Source of the DNA: a virus
Lineage: Duplodnaviria; Heunggongvirae; Uroviricota; Caudoviricetes
IMG/VR virus record: IMGVR_UViG_3300033067_001661
Coordinates: 1-64,000 of that record
DNA: 64,000 nucleotides
Strand: one strand, 5' to 3'
Position numbers and translations under genes: made by a program. Below are positions 15,490-22,321 of this stretch, in pieces. Under the pieces are notes generated by a model. It was not told the origin of the DNA and did no database searches. It was given only the letters and a program-made list of their open reading frames with translations. Position 1 is the stretch's first letter, and each line of letters begins with the position of its first letter.

Positions 15490-15929
15490 TTATCAATATT
15501 ACCTCGATACCAGCCAAACTGTTTAGCAGTTTTTCGTTGATGACAGTTTGCACATCTTACATCGCATTTTTCTACTTCTTTGAGAATTGTTTCCCAACTA
15601 AATCCATACATAAGACTTGATACTGTTTGTCTTTTCTTGCCTCTTACATGATCGAACTGAAGAACAACAGGATCTTTTTCGCCGCAATCAACGCATGGAT
15701 GTTCAAGTAGATAGCTGTACATCTTATTCTTGTTTTCAGCTATGATTACAGCGTTTCTTTTCACTGCTTTCTTTTTGTAGTATTCTTTGTTGTTTTGATA
15801 GTGCTTTTTCTTATGAATCTTGTTGCATTCCGTACAAATGGAATGTCTCAATTTCTTTTCTTTGCTGCGAAAAGTAAAGTCATTGATAGGCCTTTGTAGA
15901 CCGCATTTCGTGCATGTTTTTGTTTCCAT
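15480..15929 (-). CDS. HNH endonuclease
   Basis: CTKC..CTEC; CVDCGEKDPVVLQFDHVRG...CDVRCANCHQRKT. Confidence 0.92.
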   Translation of the reverse strand: METKTCTKCGLQRPINDFTFRSKEKKLRHSICTECNKIHKKKHYQNNKEYYKKKAVKRNAVIIAENKNKMYSYLLEHPCVDCGEKDPVVLQFDHVRGKKRQTVSSLMYGFSWETILKEVEKCDVRCANCHQRKTAKQFGWYRGNIDKLL

Positions 15930-15978
15930 ACATACCTCCTAAGAAGTATGTACAACAATGCACTCGAAAATCCTTCTT

Positions 15979-16020
15979 TGATTCGTAGTCAGAAACTCTA
16001 TCCAATTGAGCTATGGGAAC
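15979..16020 (-). pseudogene. 5' part of disrupted tRNA-Arg(ACG)
   Basis: GTTCCCA-TA-GCTC..GAGT-T-TCTGA-CT ACG AA-TCA|. Confidence 0.85.
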
Positions 16021-16291
16021 AATGATTCATTTTTGATGAGAGAAGAAGACTTCAATAGGTCCGGTCTTTACTTGGTAATACAACTGGAAGTCATTATCAA
16101 CGTGACAGTAGTACCAATACTTCTGTTTCCAAGTGGCGTCCTTCTTGACGTTGAACTTCTCGTCCTTTGCCCAAGAGTTTACCCATGCTTTCGGATGAAG
16201 TAAAAACTTAAACTGAACAGAAGTGCCTTTAGCGAAGCCACACCTTGAAATCCCAAATCAAATGAAAGTACATAGCGTACTCCTTTCTAAA

Positions 16292-16367
16292 CACCCCCAG
16301 TTGGACTCGAACCAACAGCTTCAACCTTCGCAAGGTTGCGTGCAAAATTCCCTTACACTTTGGGGGT
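16292..16367 (-). tRNA. tRNA-Arg(GCG)
   Basis: CAACC-TT GCG AA-GGTTG. Confidence 0.88.
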
Positions 16368-16373
16368 AGCTGC

Positions 16374-17063
16374 TCATCTCTTCTTCATGAAGTTATGAAC
16401 GCATCTATCTGTTCCGATTGCAACTTCGATATTCTTGATTTTAGAATCGAAGTCTTTTCTGCGCGAAATCGAGCAAATCTCCATTTCTTGCTCAGGTTCA
16501 ACGAAGATTACGTCTGTCGTTTCGTCTGAATAAGAAGGCAGTCTATCGCTCTTTTCGGTCTTGCAGTTGACAAGAAGTTCTGCAAGGGCTTTTCTTACGT
16601 CCTCAACAAGACGAGGATAGTAGTCATTAGAAGTATTCGCAGCAAACAGGATCTGAAACTCAAGTTGATAAAACTCTTTGAGTCTCATGAACTTTGTTGG
16701 CTGGTCTTGTTCTCTTCGGAAGCTCTTTCCATGTTGCCAGACGCAGATTGGCGGTTTGAACTTCGGGTCATGATACCCGCTCAAGATATGGCGAGCATAC
16801 GCATATGACCCCATTGTTGTTTCTGGTCTCAAGGCAAGCTGATCAACCATGTAGAAATCATCAACTGAATAGTTGAGATTAATTTCGCTAGACGGCGTAA
16901 GAATCGGCGCTTCGCATTGAACAAGCTTGAAAGCTTGATTCATAGAAAGCAAAGAGCGACGAACAGCAGAAACCATATGTTCAACGAACATATTTCGGAT
17001 TCTGATTTCCTCTTCAGACCAAAAGACCAACCCGTTGACGTTATACAAATTCGCATGAGACAT
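16374..17063 (-). CDS. minimal class II aaRS catalytic core, alpha2 GlyRS-like, no anticodon-binding domain
   Basis: LRPET, motif 2 GKSFRRE..MRLKEFYQLEFQ, motif 3 IEVAIGTDR eight residues before the stop. Confidence 0.85.
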   Translation of the reverse strand: MSHANLYNVNGLVFWSEEEIRIRNMFVEHMVSAVRRSLLSMNQAFKLVQCEAPILTPSSEINLNYSVDDFYMVDQLALRPETTMGSYAYARHILSGYHDPKFKPPICVWQHGKSFRREQDQPTKFMRLKEFYQLEFQILFAANTSNDYYPRLVEDVRKALAELLVNCKTEKSDRLPSYSDETTDVIFVEPEQEMEICSISRRKDFDSKIKNIEVAIGTDRCVHNFMKKR

Positions 17064-17114
17064 AAGAAACCTTTCTGGTAAACGATCTACTTGGTATACT
17101 AGACTTCACCAAAA

Positions 17115-17204
17115 CGGATGGTACTGGACTCGAACCAGTAGAGGCTTTTTAGACCCCGCTCGTTTTCGAAACGAGTACGACTAACCGATATTCGTCTACC
17201 ATCC
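17115..17204 (-). tRNA. tRNA-Ser(CGA)
   Basis: CTCGT-TT CGA AA-ACGAG; long variable arm. Confidence 0.92.
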
Positions 17205-17426
17205 ATTGATTTTTTCTTTTACAAGAAACTTACCATCTAAGTCTGTTGCTATAAAAGCTTCTATGTTCTCATTTAGCTCAAAAATCCAACTAAATTCTTT
17301 TTCTTGTTGAAGTTCTATTCTTAGAAGTCTCAAATCTTCTTCTGTGATATCATTTTCATAGACAACCATATGAAGAACATGAAGTTTGTCTTCCTTGTGA
17401 TAACCAATCAAGAGTATATTTTCCAT
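17196..17426 (-). CDS. hypothetical protein
   Basis: 76-aa ORF. Confidence 0.55.
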   Translation of the reverse strand: MENILLIGYHKEDKLHVLHMVVYENDITEEDLRLLRIELQQEKEFSWIFELNENIEAFIATDLDGKFLVKEKINGW

Positions 17427-17428
17427 AA

Positions 17429-17518
17429 AGACCTAGCTACGGGATTCGAACCCATATCTCCGGGCGTTTCAAAACCTGATCAGGTTGCCCATGCGCATTA
17501 CCATTATGCTAAGCGGCC
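17429..17518 (-). ncRNA. tRNA-like RNA or pseudo-tRNA with expanded anticodon arm
   Basis: D and T arms intact; GGGC-AACCTG AT CAGGTT-TTGAAAC-GCCC; bulged acceptor. Confidence 0.55.
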
Positions 17519-17673
17519 TACATTCTTTCATGTTGTCAATCCAGTTTCGGACAAGCCGTGACTTGGACGGGTCAACCCTCGTTTAGCCGATCTCCGTCGC
17601 AGTAGCCTTACCAGGGGTCTCTGCAACATTATGGAGGTCGGAATGCTTGGAGTATTGGGCGATTCCAGGTAAA

Positions 17674-17745
17674 CTGCCTCGCTAGGACTCGAACCTAGAT
17701 TCAGAGCTTCAAAGGCTCCCGTCCTACCAGTTAGACGACAAGGCA
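17674..17745 (-). tRNA. tRNA-Gln(TTG)
   Basis: GGAGC-CT TTG AA-GCTCT. Confidence 0.92.
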
Positions 17746-17750
17746 ATAAA

Positions 17751-17969
17751 TCAATAACAGTCTCTTACTCTTGTTGAAGAGTAACCAACTGAAGACATAA
17801 GACTATCTCTTAGTTTTATGAAGGCTTCTTCGCCGTAAGCGTCAGCTTTACCGTCTCTTCGACGAGCCTCATTTGCGGCCATCATGCCTTGGGCTTCGAT
17901 ATAAGCCGCCATAGCCTCAGCATTGAGTTCTGCTGCTATCATTGCGATTCTTGCAGCGGTTTCGTTCAT
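17751..17969 (-). CDS. hypothetical protein
   Basis: IEAQGMMAANEARRRDG...AYGEEAF small phage-type protein. Confidence 0.65.
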   Translation of the reverse strand: MNETAARIAMIAAELNAEAMAAYIEAQGMMAANEARRRDGKADAYGEEAFIKLRDSLMSSVGYSSTRVRDCY

Positions 17970-18005
17970 GTTCTTTCATCGCATATTTTGCGTTGATTAG
18001 AACAG

Positions 18006-18191
18006 TTATTCACCGCATGTTTGATCGTTTTCTGTGGTTTTTTCTACAACAGGTTCCGTCTTATTCTCTTCTTTGTTTACAGGAGTGTTTTGCGAAGAAT
18101 CTTGCGTTGTATTTACTGAAGCATGTATAGGATTGGTTCCGCTATTGGTCATGGGGGTATACAATGGATTGTTGGCGCTTTGTTGTTCCAT
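18006..18191 (-). CDS. hypothetical low-complexity protein
   Basis: AGGAG RBS; 61 aa. Confidence 0.5.
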   Translation of the reverse strand: MEQQSANNPLYTPMTNSGTNPIHASVNTTQDSSQNTPVNKEENKTEPVVEKTTENDQTCGE

Positions 18192-18220
18192 ATTCTCTTA
18201 CTCCTGTAATTATGCCTAAG

Positions 18221-18314
18221 CGGAGCGGAAGGGATTCGAACCCTCATGGCGGGGGTTACCCGCCAGCCAGTTTTCAAGACTGGTACAGCATAGCCTTTAG
18301 CTGCCACCTGCTCC
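18221..18314 (-). tRNA. tRNA-Ser(TGA)
   Basis: CCAGT-CT TGA AA-ACTGG; long variable arm. Confidence 0.9.
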
Positions 18315-18470
18315 AAACGCCTTGCATGGTTTACCCTAGGAGCTACAGCCCATGCATCTAAACCCTAGAAAAGACGAGTACAGGAAACTTTGTACTCTTA
18401 AGCCCTCGTTTATCGACTTGCTGAACCGCTCCCATAAGGCGGGGGCGTGCTATAGTCATTCAAGGTGTTT
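18315..18470 (-). ncRNA. unknown structured RNA
   Basis: Terminal AAACACCTTG/CAAGGCGTTT; GAGTACA/TGTACTC; TGCATGG/CCATGCA. Confidence 0.5.
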
Positions 18471-18538
18471 GGGCCAAATACCTACCCAGTTTTCGCCTGT
18501 GCGCAAACAGGACTTATAAGCATTGGGTTATGCTAAAG

Positions 18539-18622
18539 TGGAGGTAGAGGGACTCGAACCCCCGTAGACCTAAAGGCCGCCTGATTTACAGTCAAGAGCA
18601 ATTGCCGCTATGCGATACCTCC
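18539..18622 (-). tRNA. tRNA-Tyr(GTA)
   Basis: CTTGA-CT GTA AA-TCAGG; variable arm. Confidence 0.92.
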
Positions 18623-18626
18623 AAAA

Positions 18627-18697
18627 TGCAGGTACGGAGAATTGAACTCCGTCGTACTCCTTGGCAAGGAGCCATGCTTCCGTAACATCTTACCTGC
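18627..18697 (-). tRNA. tRNA-Gly(GCC)
   Basis: GCTCC-TT GCC AA-GGAGT. Confidence 0.9.
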
Positions 18698-18702
18698 GAA
18701 AG

Positions 18703-18793
18703 TGGGAGTAAGAGGAATCGAACCTCCAATGTTAACTCTTAAGAGAACAGATTTACAGTCTGCTGCCACACAACCAATAGTGACGTTACTCCC
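18703..18793 (-). tRNA. tRNA-Tyr(GTA)
   Basis: GCAGA-CT GTA AA-TCTGT. Confidence 0.9.
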
Positions 18794-18797
18794 GAAA

Positions 18798-18869
18798 AGA
18801 GGCATAGGGGAATCGAACCCCTTTGAACCTGCTTGGAAGGCAGGCAATCAACCAATGACTCAATGCCTC
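18798..18869 (-). tRNA. tRNA-Gly(TCC)
   Basis: CCTGC-CT TCC AA-GCAGG. Confidence 0.9.
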
Positions 18870-19341
18870 AATACGCTATCAAATGCGCTGAACCTGGATT
18901 TCCAAGTCCGTCAACTTCATAACTTGATTCTATCTCAAAACCAAGTTTCTCAAGAACAGGTATGAGAATAGGATTTACAACCCATATTCTCATCATTGTG
19001 TTATGACCCATTTCTTGATAGTCCATCTTCTCCATATTGTATTTCTTGAGAGCTTGCTGTATAAGACCTAAACCAACACCCTGACGACGAAACTCAGGCT
19101 TTACTACAAGGTCAAACGAAAACACCATTACGTCTTCGCCGTAACTATTATCATTCGTCCAACCGCTTGCCAAAGCGCCAATAACAACGCCATTTTCTAT
19201 GGCAACTTGACTTACATTCTTTTCTCTGCCATAACGAATAGCATTATCCTTGAAAACTTGGTCAGCTTGTTCAGCTTTTTCCCAGTCCTCTTCAGGATCA
19301 ATATGCTTGAAATCGGCGTCATCTGCTTTCTTGTACCACAT
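18868..19341 (-). CDS. GNAT acetyltransferase with MWYKKA N-terminus
   Basis: VVKPEFRRQGVG acetyl-CoA motif; LEKLGF. Confidence 0.85.
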   Translation of the reverse strand: MWYKKADDADFKHIDPEEDWEKAEQADQVFKDNAIRYGREKNVSQVAIENGVVIGALASGWTNDNSYGEDVMVFSFDLVVKPEFRRQGVGLGLIQQALKKYNMEKMDYQEMGHNTMMRIWVVNPILIPVLEKLGFEIESSYEVDGLGNPGSAHLIAY

Positions 19342-19388
19342 AACACCTAATTCTTCGGATTCTTTTATAATCCTCTAGAATCTTACAA

Positions 19389-19529
19389 AGCTGCGCTCGG
19401 GACTCGAACCCGAAACCTCGACCTCAAAATGGTGTTAACCTTCATCCTATCGACCAGTCAGTTATTAGACTGACTGATATGTTGCCGGCGAAGATGTTTT
19501 TTCGCGCTCTACCATTGAGCTAACGCAGC
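19389..19529 (-). ncRNA. tRNA shell with the Y-RNA-like module replacing the anticodon arm
   Basis: GCTGCGT/GCGCAGC, canonical D and T arms; CATA-TCAGTCAG..CTGACTGG-TCGATAG..AAGGTTAAC. Confidence 0.75.
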
Positions 19530-19534
19530 ATTTT

Positions 19535-19599
19535 GAACTGATATGTTGATGAACGTAAGGGGTTAATTTGCAGTTAACCTTATGTTCTTCGACCAGTTC
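19535..19599 (-). ncRNA. Y-RNA-like module, copy 4
   Basis: GAACTGG-TCGAAG..AAGGTTAAC..CATA-TCAGTTC. Confidence 0.65.
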
Positions 19600-19604
19600 T
19601 AAAG

Positions 19605-19678
19605 TCAGGGAGACAAGATTTGAACTTGCGACCTTCTGGACCCAAACCAGACGCTCTACCAAGCTGAGCTACACCCTG
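19605..19678 (-). tRNA. tRNA-Pro(TGG)
   Basis: TCTGG-TT TGG GT-CCAGA. Confidence 0.92.
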
Positions 19679-19681
19679 AAT

Positions 19682-19751
19682 GAATCAGTATGTTGGAGAA
19701 TAAGGTGTTGTTACAATTTCAAGTTGTTAACCTTACTCATTCGACTGATTC
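19682..19751 (-). ncRNA. Y-RNA-like module, copy 5
   Basis: GAATCAG-TCGAATG..AAGGTTAAC..CATA-CTGATTC. Confidence 0.65.
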
Positions 19752-19759
19752 TAAATCGT

Positions 19760-20173
19760 TCAACAAGTTTTATCCTGCTGAACAAGGTCTTTTTGATTTC
19801 CAATCGTGATGTGGAATGTATGTTTGTAGTCTTTAGGAGGCTCAATGTAAGGGCTGATTATAGGCAACCCAAGTTCCACCCGAATCTCTTCGAGTCGCTT
19901 ACTAAAAGCATCGACCCAAAAGTAAAGCGTACCGTTACGAACCACGTGGGTGTATTCAAATTCTATTTCTTCACCCGCATGTTTGTTCCAGAACTCCATG
20001 TTAGGATTTTCTTTGCGAACAACAGATATATGAGCGTCATACATCTGAGTATTCGTTCTAATTGATTTCGGTAGTAGACTGCGATAGTACCTAACAATCT
20101 CTTGGTCTACATCAAGAACGAGATTTTCTCGTCCATACCGAAGTATGCCAGTTGATTTGAAAAGGGTACTCAT
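19760..20173 (-). CDS. 2H phosphoesterase
   Basis: Two Hx(S/T) motifs: HISV and HITI. Confidence 0.8.
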   Translation of the reverse strand: MSTLFKSTGILRYGRENLVLDVDQEIVRYYRSLLPKSIRTNTQMYDAHISVVRKENPNMEFWNKHAGEEIEFEYTHVVRNGTLYFWVDAFSKRLEEIRVELGLPIISPYIEPPKDYKHTFHITIGNQKDLVQQDKTC

Positions 20174-20176
20174 AAA

Positions 20177-20301
20177 TACGGCGAGTAGGACTCGAACCTA
20201 CAACCCGGGGTTTGGGTTAACCTTGTTCCATTCGGCCTGAAAAGGCATGTATTAGGAGAAGGTGTTTTAGACTCCTGCTCTGCCAATTGAGCTATCGCCG
20301 T
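20177..20301 (-). ncRNA. second tRNA shell with the Y-RNA-like module replacing the anticodon arm
   Basis: ACGGCGA/TCGCCGT, canonical D and T arms; CATG-CCT TTTC AGG-CCGAATG..AAGGTTAAC. Confidence 0.75.
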
Positions 20302-20373
20302 AAAACTTACTACAGAGGTTAGTCCGCAGCAAACATAGAACTTAACATCGTCAAGTCAATAAGGAGTTCACAA

Positions 20374-21048
20374 ATGGAGCAAGAAAGAAAGTTTGGAAGA
20401 ATGTACTCAAAGGACAGTAGAGACCGCTTGTTTATGGCTCGTCCGCCAATGGCAACCTCTAATATCAAGTATAAGTTCTGGTATACTTCGCCAGCTTACG
20501 ACCAAGGTAATACAAGTCAATGCGTTGCTTACTCTGGTGTAAAACTCCTTGATTCTGGTCCTGTCAGAAACCTAAAAGCTGAAATGGACTTTTCCTTTGC
20601 TGACCTTTACAAAGAATGTCAACAAAACGACGAATGGCCTGGAGAAGATTATGAAGGAACGTCTGTTCGAGCGTTGATGAAGGTTCTTAGAAGCAAAGGC
20701 TATATTAGCCGTTATGAATGGGCTTTTGATTTACAAACCATTATCAATCATGTTCTTACAACAGGTCCAATGGTTGTTGGAACATGGTGGACAAATGATA
20801 TGTTCTATCCTGACGAGAAGAGCTTCATTCGAGTTGGAGGACGAGCGGTTGGCGGTCATGCCTATCTAATCAAAGGCGTGAATACAACAACAGTTTGTCC
20901 TGACGGAACGATTGGAGCTTTCCGCATTATCAACAGTTGGGGAGAGAACTGGGGAGTTAGGGGTTGCGCTTCTATTAGTTTCAAGGACTTTGAAACTCTG
21001 TTGAATGCGGAAGGCGAAGCTGCAACGATTGTTGAGGTTAAGAAGTAA
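20374..21048 (+). CDS. papain-like C1 cysteine peptidase
   Basis: DQGNTSQC, GGHAY, NSWG. Confidence 0.9.
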   Translation: MEQERKFGRMYSKDSRDRLFMARPPMATSNIKYKFWYTSPAYDQGNTSQCVAYSGVKLLDSGPVRNLKAEMDFSFADLYKECQQNDEWPGEDYEGTSVRALMKVLRSKGYISRYEWAFDLQTIINHVLTTGPMVVGTWWTNDMFYPDEKSFIRVGGRAVGGHAYLIKGVNTTTVCPDGTIGAFRIINSWGENWGVRGCASISFKDFETLLNAEGEAATIVEVKK

Positions 21049-21049
21049 G

Positions 21050-21123
21050 TCAGGGTGACTGGATTTGAACCAGCGGCCTCTTGCTCCCGAAGCAAGCGTT
21101 CTACCAAGCTGAACTACACCCTG
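21050..21123 (-). tRNA. tRNA-Pro(CGG)
   Basis: CTTGC-TT CGG GA-GCAAG. Confidence 0.93.
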
Positions 21124-21126
21124 AAG

Positions 21127-21209
21127 TAACCAGTATGGGGTTGAGAAGACGTTTTAACCGCAATGCGGTTGCTTTACAAGAGCGTTAATCTTACTCATTC
21201 GACTGGTTA
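21127..21209 (-). ncRNA. Y-RNA-like module, copy 6
   Basis: TAACCAG-TCGAATG..AAGATTAAC..CATA-CTGGTTA. Confidence 0.65.
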
Positions 21210-21214
21210 TAAAG

Positions 21215-21286
21215 TGGAGCCGAAGGGAATCGAACCCTCCCAGTTTCCTTGCAAAGGAATCTCGCCGCCTTGGTACATGCAGCCCC
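21215..21286 (-). tRNA. tRNA-Ala(TGC)
   Basis: TTCC-TT TGC AA-GGAA; G3:U70. Confidence 0.88.
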
Positions 21287-21383
21287 ATATGTTAGTACAT
21301 GAACGGCTCTAACAGCCGGTTGAATTCTCGACTCATGCTGTGATTCAACAGACCTTTGCCGAATCAATGAGAATTCATTTGAA

Positions 21384-21498
21384 AGCAGCAAGCCGGACTC
21401 GAACCGGCAACTTTCTAAATTCCGCCTCTAAGGTTAAGAGGAATCGACACCTCACAGGAATCCCTCTCGGGGACACTCTGCCATTGAGTTATTGCTGC
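21384..21498 (-). ncRNA. tRNA shell with three hairpins in place of the anticodon arm
   Basis: GCAGCAA/TTGCTGC; D arm ACTC/GAGT; T arm GCCGG TTCGAGT CCGGC. Confidence 0.7.
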
Positions 21499-21503
21499 AT
21501 AAG

Positions 21504-21577
21504 TCAGGGTAGCTGGATTTGAACCAGCGGTCTTCTCGTTCCAAACGAGACGGATTTCCAAGCTTTCCCAAACCCTG
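21504..21577 (-). tRNA. tRNA-Pro(TGG)
   Basis: TCTCG-TT TGG AA-CGAGA. Confidence 0.9.
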
Positions 21578-21582
21578 AAAAG

Positions 21583-21656
21583 TCAGAGAGGAGAGATTTG
21601 AACTCTCAATTTCCTGTACCCAAAACAGGCGACCTACCAAATTGGCCTACACTCTG
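21583..21656 (-). tRNA. tRNA-Pro(TGG)
   Basis: CCTGT-TT TGG GT-ACAGG. Confidence 0.9.
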
Positions 21657-21659
21657 AAA

Positions 21660-21913
21660 AGAAGCAAGTAGTCTGCGTAACTACACTTCAGGCTCCTATT
21701 GCAAATGCTGTGCCTGCGTGCTTTTATTTTCCAGTACCCTTTGCGACCCTCATCAAATTACTTTCAAGTCTACTCTTCCGCAAGGCCTTGTCGGGCGTTT
21801 AACCCGCTCAACGTTTCTAGAGCCTTTGCAATTGTTACCTTTGCGATTTTCGACAAGATTTCAACATGAATCCATTCGCATACTCTTCTGGCGCTTTTAC
21901 ACCATTAGCTTCT
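21660..21913 (-). ncRNA. unknown ~250-nt structured RNA
   Basis: Terminal AGAAGC/GCTTCT; CTTGTCG/CGACAAG; ATTGCAAA/TTTGCAAT; AGGCTCT/GGAGCCT. Confidence 0.5.
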
Positions 21914-21917
21914 AAAG

Positions 21918-21990
21918 TGGGACGGGTCGGAATTGAACCGACGTATCTCGCTCTTCAGGCGAGCGCTTGAACCAACTCAGCTACCGTCCC
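21918..21990 (-). tRNA. tRNA-Phe(GAA)
   Basis: CTCGC-CT GAA GA-GCGAG. Confidence 0.93.
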
Positions 21991-22240
21991 AAGACATACC
22001 AGGGCTTCTCGCCTATCTGGTATGAGTTTGGCATATTTACAGATTCCACGCAACCTCTTATTCCGGCCCAATTAAGGGACGAAGAGTAATGCGTTTCATC
22101 TTTCGCGGTTTATCACCAGAGCCACGTTCGGTGGGTAGTAATTCCGCTGTATTCACTTTTCAAAGATCCGACCATTCTTTAGCCGAATGGTTTGAGCTAG
22201 AAAGTTTAGTTCCTACCAAAGAACCTTATTTCTACTCTAA

Positions 22241-22312
22241 TGGGTTGACCCAGAATCGAACTGGGGACTTCTGTTCTTCAGACAGACGCTAGACCACTTT
22301 AGCTCTCAACCC
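22241..22312 (-). tRNA. tRNA-Phe(GAA)
   Basis: TCTGT-CT GAA GA-ACAGA. Confidence 0.92.
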
Positions 22313-22321
22313 TAATCGAAC

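Noticed and set aside
1-16020. Group I or II introns as the explanation for the split tRNAs
   Set aside because: The inserts are almost entirely ORF plus a complete tRNA, leaving no room for a ribozyme core. I saw no P7 or domain V motifs, and some tRNA nucleotides are deleted at the junctions.
3395-21209. Theta/HDV-like or hammerhead ribozymes for the repeated module
   Set aside because: It has a simple nested two-stem fold; I could not find the HDV double pseudoknot or CUGANGA/GAAA cores. Not excluded without a model search.
21660-21913. RNase P RNA
   Set aside because: The conserved GAGGAAAGUCC and 3' P4 sequences were not found.
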